From Clostridia bacterium (GTDB lineage: Bacteria > Bacillota > Clostridia > Christensenellales > UBA1242): 64,000 nucleotides of DNA. The translations under genes and the position numbers were made by a program. The stretch spans positions 1,851 to 65,850 of the forward strand of contig JAZNFA010000007.1 of NCBI GenBank assembly GCA_045588915.1, read 5' to 3'. Shown here piece by piece: positions 57,198-64,000 of the stretch. Positions within the stretch are counted from its first letter, which is position 1. Every line of letters begins with the position of its first letter. The notes beneath the pieces were generated by a model. That model was not told the origin of the DNA. It did no database searches and saw only the letters and a program-made list of their open reading frames with translations.

Positions 57198-59468
57198 ATG
57201 AGCTTTTTGGATATTTCTGGGAATTTAAAAAGGATTTGGTTCTTTGCAAATCGTGCTGCTGGAAACAATCCAAAAAAAATTTCACCAATTCATTTACTTT
57301 ATGCTTGTAGTTTAACTACAGATAGTTTAGCCTGTGCGCTATTAAACAGTGAAGGAATTACTTCGGAACGTATCGCTGCAAATCCATCAGCTTTTTTTGC
57401 AGATAAAACAGTCGATGAAATTTTTAGTTTGGCAGAAACACAAAGTGTGATTATGAATCATCCGGAAATTTACAGTGAAGATTTATTATATGTTTTATGT
57501 ACCAGTTGTAAACAAACTAAATCTGTTATTGATAAAATTAACAGTGGAGCATCTCGCCGTATTCTACACAAAATTGCAAATAACATAACTTCTTTAGAAA
57601 ATGTGTTTGAACGTCCTGTCGTTACGCAATCTTCTATAGTTAAAAACGAAACGCAAAAAGTCGGTAATACTATGATTAATCCTAATCAAGGATTTACAAA
57701 TGTTAAATCTAGCAAAAATTGTACAGAATTATCGTCGTTGTTGTTGACTTATGGACAAGATTTAACAGCAAAAGCACAGCAAGGAAAAATTGATCGGATT
57801 ATTGGTCGAGAAGATGAAACAAATCGCTTAATCGAAATTTTGTGTCGCAAAACAAAAAATAATCCTGTTTTGATTGGAGAAGCTGGTGTAGGAAAAAGTG
57901 CAATTATTGAAGGGTTAGCAAAACGTATTGTTGAACAAAATGTACCAGAAAACTTACAAAATAAAATTATTTACTCACTTGACATTGGCTTGTTATTAGG
58001 TGGCTCAAAGTATCGTGGTGAACTTGAAGGACGTCTTAATAAAGTTTTACAGGAATTAAAAGACCGTGATGATATTATCTTATTCATTGATGAAATTCAC
58101 AATATTGTAACAAGTGGCAATAAAGAAGGTGAAATGGGGGTTGGCGAAATTTTAAAACCGGCATTAGCTCGTGGAACTTTGCGTTGTGTTGGTGCAACAA
58201 CTATTGATGAGTATCGTCAATATATTGAAAAAGATCCTGCGTTAGAGCGTCGCTTTGATCCAGTGATGGTTTATCCACCAACGCCTGAACAAACATTATG
58301 CATACTTGAAGGTTTGGTTCCGGGTTTTGAAAATTTTCACAAAGTACAAATTAACCATAGTGCTTTAAATGCTGCTGTATTATTATCTAACAGATATATA
58401 TTTGATCGTAATTTACCAGATAAGGCTATTGACGTTTTGGATAAGGCTTGTGCTAAAGCAAGAATTAAAGCAGGTAATGCATTGATTACAATTACAAATA
58501 ATGAAATTGCTGCTGTGATTTCCGAAATAACAAAAATACCTTTGAATAAAATCAATTTAGATGACCAAAAGAACTTAATGAATTTAGAAAAAGATTTACA
58601 AAAAGTTATTATTGGTCAAGATAAAGCCGTGAGCTCAATTGCTAAAGTTATTCGTCGCAGCCGAAGTGGAATCAATGATGCTAATCGTCCAATTGGTTCA
58701 TTTTTCTTTTTAGGACGAACTGGTGTTGGTAAAACCGAAGTTTGTAAGCAAATATCACAAATTTTACACGATACTGAAAAAGCATTTATCAAGCTAGATA
58801 TGAGTGAGTTTAGTGAAGCGCATAGTGTTAGTAAAATTGTTGGTGCGCCTCCTGGTTATCTTGGATACGAAGATGGATCCAATTTATGTAATCGGGTTAG
58901 ACATAACCAGTATTGCTTGGTGCTTTTTGATGAAATAGAAAAAGCGCATAGTGATATTTATAATTTATTATTGCAAATTCTAGATGAAGGTCGTTTAACT
59001 GATTCTCACGGTAAAGTTGTTTCTTTTAAAAATGCATTGATTGTAATGACTTCTAATGTTGGGGTAAATAAAATACCAACAAATCGTGAAGTTACACCGG
59101 AAGAAGAAGAAAAATACATTTTAGAAGGTATGCGTAAAAAATTCAGTCCTGAATTTATTAACCGTATTGATAATGTCATTGTATTTAATACCTTGTCGCA
59201 AAGTGATATTGAAAAGATTGTTGAAATACAAATGCAAAAATTATCTAAACGCTTATCAGCAGTTAACGTTGAATTAAAGTATAATAACCAAGTTGTTACT
59301 TGGTTGGCAGAAAATGGTTATGAAAAGGATTATGGTGTTCGTCCGATTCGCCGCTTAATCCAAACACAAATTGAAGATAAAATTTCTGAGTTAATTATTA
59401 CTGAGCATATTCATTATGTCGAACTTGACATTGCTGATGATAACATTATAATTCAGTCTAAACGTTGA
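57198..59468 (+). CDS. clpC: Clp protease ATP-binding subunit (ClpC-like, no middle domain)
   Basis: Two AAA modules (GEAGVGKS, DEIH; GRTGVGKT, DEIEKAH, GAPPGY); adjacent to mcsAB. Confidence 0.88.
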   Translation: MSFLDISGNLKRIWFFANRAAGNNPKKISPIHLLYACSLTTDSLACALLNSEGITSERIAANPSAFFADKTVDEIFSLAETQSVIMNHPEIYSEDLLYVLCTSCKQTKSVIDKINSGASRRILHKIANNITSLENVFERPVVTQSSIVKNETQKVGNTMINPNQGFTNVKSSKNCTELSSLLLTYGQDLTAKAQQGKIDRIIGREDETNRLIEILCRKTKNNPVLIGEAGVGKSAIIEGLAKRIVEQNVPENLQNKIIYSLDIGLLLGGSKYRGELEGRLNKVLQELKDRDDIILFIDEIHNIVTSGNKEGEMGVGEILKPALARGTLRCVGATTIDEYRQYIEKDPALERRFDPVMVYPPTPEQTLCILEGLVPGFENFHKVQINHSALNAAVLLSNRYIFDRNLPDKAIDVLDKACAKARIKAGNALITITNNEIAAVISEITKIPLNKINLDDQKNLMNLEKDLQKVIIGQDKAVSSIAKVIRRSRSGINDANRPIGSFFFLGRTGVGKTEVCKQISQILHDTEKAFIKLDMSEFSEAHSVSKIVGAPPGYLGYEDGSNLCNRVRHNQYCLVLFDEIEKAHSDIYNLLLQILDEGRLTDSHGKVVSFKNALIVMTSNVGVNKIPTNREVTPEEEEKYILEGMRKKFSPEFINRIDNVIVFNTLSQSDIEKIVEIQMQKLSKRLSAVNVELKYNNQVVTWLAENGYEKDYGVRPIRRLIQTQIEDKISELIITEHIHYVELDIADDNIIIQSKR

Positions 59469-59701
59469 TAGTTCTTTAAATCAATCGTACGTTTTTTCTC
59501 TTCAATATTTGAAGACGAGTTTGGTGTATTGTTTTTGTTAAAGTTCATAAATTGATTTAATCCTCCTGATAGCAAAAACTTAATTAACATAGTTTGAATT
59601 TCATTATTAGCCGATGTTGTTGTGGCTTTGTTTGGGGTTTGGTTTGTTGTGTTACTGTTTTGTAATAAAGTTAAAATATTAGATAAGGTTTCGTCTTCCA
59701 T
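59453..59701 (-). CDS. Hypothetical protein (Asn/Thr-rich, 82 aa)
   Basis: AAGGAG RBS, co-oriented with the upstream small ORF. Confidence 0.6.
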   Translation of the reverse strand: MEDETLSNILTLLQNSNTTNQTPNKATTTSANNEIQTMLIKFLLSGGLNQFMNFNKNNTPNSSSNIEEKKRTIDLKNYQRLD

Positions 59702-59712
59702 TAAGTCTCCTT

Positions 59713-59919
59713 TTATTTTTGATTTATATTTTGAATGATTTTTATTAACCTTGTGCGTTGTTCTTCGTTTAGCATAGGTCCAATGATTTTTATCATTTTT
59801 TCAACATCACTTAAAGTACCATTGTCTTTCTTGATTCGGATTTGTTCGCTAAATAAAGTAGTTAATTCATCATCACTAAGTCTTGCTAATCGTTCAATAA
59901 TTTTTTGATTAATTTCCAT
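59713..59919 (-). CDS. Small helical hypothetical protein, possibly sporulation-related
   Basis: 68-aa ORF; ATA-14nt-CATACA (SigE-like) immediately upstream. Confidence 0.65.
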   Translation of the reverse strand: MEINQKIIERLARLSDDELTTLFSEQIRIKKDNGTLSDVEKMIKIIGPMLNEEQRTRLIKIIQNINQK

Positions 59920-59953
59920 ATACTTTTGTATGTATTTTTGTTATATTATGTGT

Positions 59954-61210
59954 ATGTTTATTGACAGTGTAAATATTACAATTCAGGCAGGTTGTGGTGG
60001 TACAGGGGCTGCTACCTTTTATCGTGATACATTAACAATGTTTGGTGGACCAAATGGAGGTGATGGTGGTCACGGTGGTAACGTAATTTTTGTGGGTACA
60101 AATAATTTAGATAATTTAGTTGATTTTCATTATAATCAAAAATTTAAAGCAGGTGATGGTGAAAATGGACAAGGGGGAAACAAGACTGGTGCAAATGGAC
60201 AAGATGTGTTGATACAGGTTCCGTTAGGGACTAAGATTATGGATGAAAATGGTAAATTACTTTGTGACATTACAACAATTGGTCAAAGATATTTAGCCTT
60301 AAAAGGTGGTGCTGGTGGTTTTGGAAATACACATTTTGCAACTGCTTCACGTCGAACACCAAATTTTGCGAAAACTGGCGTTAAAACAAAACCTTATCGT
60401 GTTAAGCTAGAATTAAACTGTATTGCTGATATTGGCATTATCGGCTATCCCAATGTAGGTAAAAGTACTTTATTGTCTGTCATTAGCCGTGCACGACCTA
60501 AAATTGCTAATTATCAATTTACAACTTTATACCCAAACATTGGTGTTTCTCAAGTACATGGTCATAACTTATTATTTGCAGATATTCCCGGCTTAATTGA
60601 GGGTGCAAGTGATGGGGTTGGTTTAGGAATTGATTTTTTAAAGCATGTTGCTCGAACTCGTTTGTTGTTACACGTTGTTGATATTGCTGCGACAGAAGGT
60701 CGTGACCCTTATTCTGATTATCAAATAATCAATCAAGAATTAAAAAAATATCATGCTGATTTAGAAAATAAAAAACAGATTGTTGTTTTAAATAAGATTG
60801 ATAGTGCAAGCGAAGAACAAATAAAAGCTTTTAAGTCTAAGCTCGGTAAAGATGTTCCAGTTTTTGAGATTTCTGCATTAAATCATACTGGATTGCAAGA
60901 TTTATTAAATGCTTGCTTACAAACGTTAAATACAATTCCTAAACCTGAACCATTAGTGGCAGAAACTGTATTAGAAGATAAAGTTAATAAGAACGAATTT
61001 TTTGTTTCAGGTGGAAATGGTACATATCAAGTTTCGGGTCCTTTTATTGAAAATTTAATTCGTGGCGTTGTTTTAGATGACACTGAAAGTAACCGTTATT
61101 TTCAACGTCGTCTAGTTCAGCACGGTGTAATTGCTGAATTAAAAAATATTGGTTTGGTAGATGGTGATACGATTCAAATCGCAGGGCATTTTTTTACTTA
61201 CTCTGAATAG
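59954..61210 (+). CDS. obgE: GTPase ObgE/CgtA
   Basis: MFID start, Gly-rich Obg fold (GGDGG.GG), GYPNVGKSTLL, FTTL.P, DIPGLIEGA, NKID. Confidence 0.97.
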   Translation: MFIDSVNITIQAGCGGTGAATFYRDTLTMFGGPNGGDGGHGGNVIFVGTNNLDNLVDFHYNQKFKAGDGENGQGGNKTGANGQDVLIQVPLGTKIMDENGKLLCDITTIGQRYLALKGGAGGFGNTHFATASRRTPNFAKTGVKTKPYRVKLELNCIADIGIIGYPNVGKSTLLSVISRARPKIANYQFTTLYPNIGVSQVHGHNLLFADIPGLIEGASDGVGLGIDFLKHVARTRLLLHVVDIAATEGRDPYSDYQIINQELKKYHADLENKKQIVVLNKIDSASEEQIKAFKSKLGKDVPVFEISALNHTGLQDLLNACLQTLNTIPKPEPLVAETVLEDKVNKNEFFVSGGNGTYQVSGPFIENLIRGVVLDDTESNRYFQRRLVQHGVIAELKNIGLVDGDTIQIAGHFFTYSE

Positions 61211-61278
61211 TTATAAGTATCGACGATTTATATGCAGGTTATAAATTTAACCGTAGCTTTACTCAGCGTCCTCGCCAT

Positions 61279-61986
61279 TTGTTTACGATATTGTTAATTG
61301 TCTTAACGTTGGTCACGGTTGTTAGTATTGCGATACTTTTTTTGCGTGGTTTTCGTTTTGGTGATTTATCGAAACGATTTAATCAAGAAGAGTTAGTGAC
61401 GCCAGCTATGAAAGTTCGGTTAGTTGAAGTGGATGGCTTTCAAGATAAAATGGCAGCATATAAAAAAGGTGTTCTTGCAGCAAGTGAAGACCTTGGTGTA
61501 TATGTTTTGTCGGATGGAAGTCAATGGAAATGGATTGCCGGTGTTTATATGAGCGAAGAAGAAGCAAGGCAAGTTATAAATCAATCGGATTTTTTAAAAA
61601 GTGCAAATTGTAAATTTTATGAAATTAAAAGTAAAAAATTCAAAATATATCCAGAAGCAATGAAGCCGTGTTGTGATGTTTTTGTTACGGTAAAAAATAT
61701 TTTTGATTTATTATTGCATATACGAACTTGTATTTTGGAATCGCAAAATATAGAAGGTATCTTGATTGATGTTACAAACAAATATAATGAATTAAAAGAC
61801 ACAGTTGAAAAGTTACATTTACTTAATGAAAAATTTAAAAGTGAAATAATTGCTACGTTGATTTATACGGCAAACCAAAATATTTTAAGTTTACAAGATA
61901 TAATTTATGGCAATAATAACAATTGCAGTTTGGCAACTTTAAATACAATTTTGTTAAACGTAATTTTCTCACTAGACAATTTTTAA
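61279..61986 (+). CDS. Hypothetical protein with N-terminal TM (start uncertain)
   Basis: 235-aa ORF with hydrophobic N-terminus; frame is open back to 61207 without ATG. Confidence 0.7.
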   Translation: MFTILLIVLTLVTVVSIAILFLRGFRFGDLSKRFNQEELVTPAMKVRLVEVDGFQDKMAAYKKGVLAASEDLGVYVLSDGSQWKWIAGVYMSEEEARQVINQSDFLKSANCKFYEIKSKKFKIYPEAMKPCCDVFVTVKNIFDLLLHIRTCILESQNIEGILIDVTNKYNELKDTVEKLHLLNEKFKSEIIATLIYTANQNILSLQDIIYGNNNNCSLATLNTILLNVIFSLDNF

Positions 61987-62005
61987 TAGTTTTGATAACC
62001 TAAAA

Positions 62006-62989
62006 ATGGGGGAAAGAGTTTTGGGTTTTTCAGAAGAATTTATAAAGAATGCTACGGTCGAAGTAACTTCGAACACAGTACAAGATGATTATAATTTTAT
62101 TGAAGGCATATTAAAAAAGGCAGTCTTGAATGCTTCTTATGTCGTGCCATATTTTGATGCTAAGGATGTTTCGATTTATTTACAAGGTAGTTATGCTTGT
62201 AAAACAAATATAAAGTTTCAATCAAAAATAGAAGTTATTGTTGAGTTGAATAAAACACGTGAATTTGATTATGAGACAATGACGCAACAAGATATGAAGT
62301 TTCGTGATAATTTCTTTATTGATTATGACCATTATTTTGATGTTAGACGATTCAAACAAGTTTTAATTGATGAACTTAAAAAACTTTTGAATACAAGACT
62401 TATTATTCGTCCAACAACAATCTTAGTTCCATCTTTAAGTAAATTGCAACATTCAATCGAGATTTTCCCATGTTTTAAATACAGATTTTTTGACGAAAAT
62501 GGTGGAAGTATTCGCTGTAAATTAGTTTATGATGAAAAGTTAGATGAACATTTTTTAATGTTTACAAACTTACACGCTGTAAATGGAAACTTGAAAGATT
62601 CTATGACACAAGGAAACTTCAAACGTATTGTACGCTTAATGAAAAACATTGTGGCGATCAGTGCTCGTGAAGATAAAAATATTCAACCTGTTCGTGGCTA
62701 TTATGTTGAATGTTTGTTATATAATGTTCCGAATGAAATGTATTATTCTAATGATAATAAATTATTGTCTGTATTTTTAAAAGTTGTTAACTGGTTGAAT
62801 TTTGCTAATATGAGTGATTTTGTTTGTCAAAACCAAATTTGGTCGTTGTGGGGAAATGCAGATGGTTTCTGGGATCAACACAGTGCTCGTCAATTCATCA
62901 ATGATGTAATTGAGTTTTATGAAGCTTTCCCAGATAAACGTACCGAAATTATCAAAGAAGATGTCGATAATGATAGCTTCAATAATTGA
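62006..62989 (+). CDS. cGAS/DncV-like (CdnE/SMODS-type) nucleotidyltransferase homolog with altered catalytic residues
   Basis: YLQGSY..KTNI...SKIEVIV (canonical SDVDI), IEIFP (canonical DVVP), H..NG..KD..T..NFKRIVRLMKN, YYVECLLYNVPN. Confidence 0.75.
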   Translation: MGERVLGFSEEFIKNATVEVTSNTVQDDYNFIEGILKKAVLNASYVVPYFDAKDVSIYLQGSYACKTNIKFQSKIEVIVELNKTREFDYETMTQQDMKFRDNFFIDYDHYFDVRRFKQVLIDELKKLLNTRLIIRPTTILVPSLSKLQHSIEIFPCFKYRFFDENGGSIRCKLVYDEKLDEHFLMFTNLHAVNGNLKDSMTQGNFKRIVRLMKNIVAISAREDKNIQPVRGYYVECLLYNVPNEMYYSNDNKLLSVFLKVVNWLNFANMSDFVCQNQIWSLWGNADGFWDQHSARQFINDVIEFYEAFPDKRTEIIKEDVDNDSFNN

Positions 62990-63785
62990 TAATCAAACAA
63001 TTTTAGTGAATGATTTAAGTCAGTTTGACCCTTATGCGATTTTGCATAGTGGTCAAATTTTTCGTTATTGGCAAACAAAGCAAGGGTGGGTAGTTTTGTC
63101 CGGAGTTCACTGGGCTGAAATTATAATAGAAAACGGACAAACAACCATCAAATGCGATGATTCACAATATTTTTATGATTTTTTTGATTTTGAAACCGAT
63201 TATGAAAAAATTAAAAAAACTATGACTATTTCCAAAATTAAAAATGCTTTACAATTTGGTCAGGGAATTCGAATTTTACGTGGTGATTTTTTTGAAATTG
63301 TATTGACGTTTATTATCTCGGCAAACAATAATATTAAACGATTTACAAAAACTATAAATGCATTTTGCGAGAAATATGGAATAAGGTTGGCTTGTGGTTA
63401 TTACGGATTTCCTAAATTAACACAATGTTTTAAATTAACTGTCGAAGATTTTAATTCCTTAGGTTGTGGATACCGAAGTCAGTATTTAGTCGAAGCTATT
63501 GGGCAATTAAAAAACTTAGATTTTAATATTTTGCAAACATTAACCAATGAAGAGTTGTATCTTGAATTATTACAAATCAAAGGGGTAGGACCAAAAGTTG
63601 CATCTTGTATAATGTTGTTTTGTTTCCATCGACTTGATGTTGCACCTGTTGATACGTGGATAAAAAAAGCAATTGCACAATTAACGGACAAAGAACAAGA
63701 ACTCATTTTGCATAGTAAATATTCCGGAGTGGCACAACAATATATATTTTACTATTTACAGCATTTACAAAAGAAGAAATTATAA
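62970..63785 (+). CDS. 8-oxoguanine DNA glycosylase (OGG1-like); start 62961 or 62970
   Basis: L.SGQIFRY, GIRIL, FIISANNNI.R, GYR..Y, HhH IKGVGPKVASC, PVDTWI, GVAQQY.F. Confidence 0.9.
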   Translation: MIASIIDNQTILVNDLSQFDPYAILHSGQIFRYWQTKQGWVVLSGVHWAEIIIENGQTTIKCDDSQYFYDFFDFETDYEKIKKTMTISKIKNALQFGQGIRILRGDFFEIVLTFIISANNNIKRFTKTINAFCEKYGIRLACGYYGFPKLTQCFKLTVEDFNSLGCGYRSQYLVEAIGQLKNLDFNILQTLTNEELYLELLQIKGVGPKVASCIMLFCFHRLDVAPVDTWIKKAIAQLTDKEQELILHSKYSGVAQQYIFYYLQHLQKKKL

Positions 63786-63815
63786 AAAAAGACCAACTTA
63801 TCGTTGGCCTTTTTT
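63785..63815. terminator. Bidirectional intrinsic terminator between the glycosylase gene and tRNA
   Basis: aaaaaagaccaac-ttatc-gttggcctttttt. Confidence 0.8.
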
Positions 63816-63817
63816 CG

Positions 63818-63894
63818 TGGTGGCGGGAGTTGGATTTGAACCAACGACCTTTGGGTTATGAGCCCAACGAGCTGCCGGACTGCTCTATCCCGCG
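63818..63894 (-). tRNA. Initiator tRNA-fMet (CAT)
   Basis: Reverse complement CGCGGGATAGAGCAG...TTGGG-CT-CAT-AA-CCCAA...CCCGCCACCA; C1:A72 mismatch and three G-C pairs in the anticodon stem. Confidence 0.95.
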
Positions 63895-64000
63895 ATAGGT
63901 TGAGTATATGATATTATTATGACCATTGTCAACCATTTATAATTAGAAAATTTTTTTAGCTTATAAAATACTAATTGTTAAGTATGCAAAATAAATTGAT

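Noticed and set aside
61279-61986. Upstream TM protein as the CBASS effector of the CD-NTase homolog
   Set aside because: Single N-terminal TM, no recognisable Cap effector features, and a separate promoter lies between the genes.

Overview
Low-GC, very compact chromosomal segment from a spore-forming Clostridia-like bacterium (sigG, ylmC, veg, SPOCS-LysM coat protein, dpaA-dpaB, double-OB ssb). It shows streamlining: shortened proteins, thinned and rearranged operons, overlapping convergent genes, and many genes with a -10 box 4-8 nt before the start codon and no Shine-Dalgarno. Positions 1-~4950 are one end of an element next to the 3' end of tRNA-Glu(CTC): an HUH rolling-circle Rep, a ~140-nt nested hairpin (probable origin), a C-terminally truncated large serine recombinase, and a cargo of guanylate-kinase-like, PreA/DHODH-like Fe-S flavoprotein and Nudix genes. 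The rest is mostly core: rimO, rarA, infA-rpmJ-rpsMKD-rpoA-rplQ, ruvX, ppa, rpsB-tsf-frr-cdsA-rseP, PFOR, ddl, murG, comM-dprA-topA-hslV/hslU, glmM, galU, mcsAB/clpC, obgE, ogg, and 4 tRNAs in total. The most unusual items are an orphan CdnE-like CD-NTase with a degenerate acidic triad and no CBASS effector, the mobile nucleotide-metabolism cassette, a secreted protein with an outer-membrane-type beta-barrel signature, a 1533-aa membrane-anchored modular coiled-coil protein, intact but catalytically degenerate GH95 and P1B-ATPase genes, and a DpaA-DpaB fusion. All family calls come from motif recognition by eye; no searches were run.
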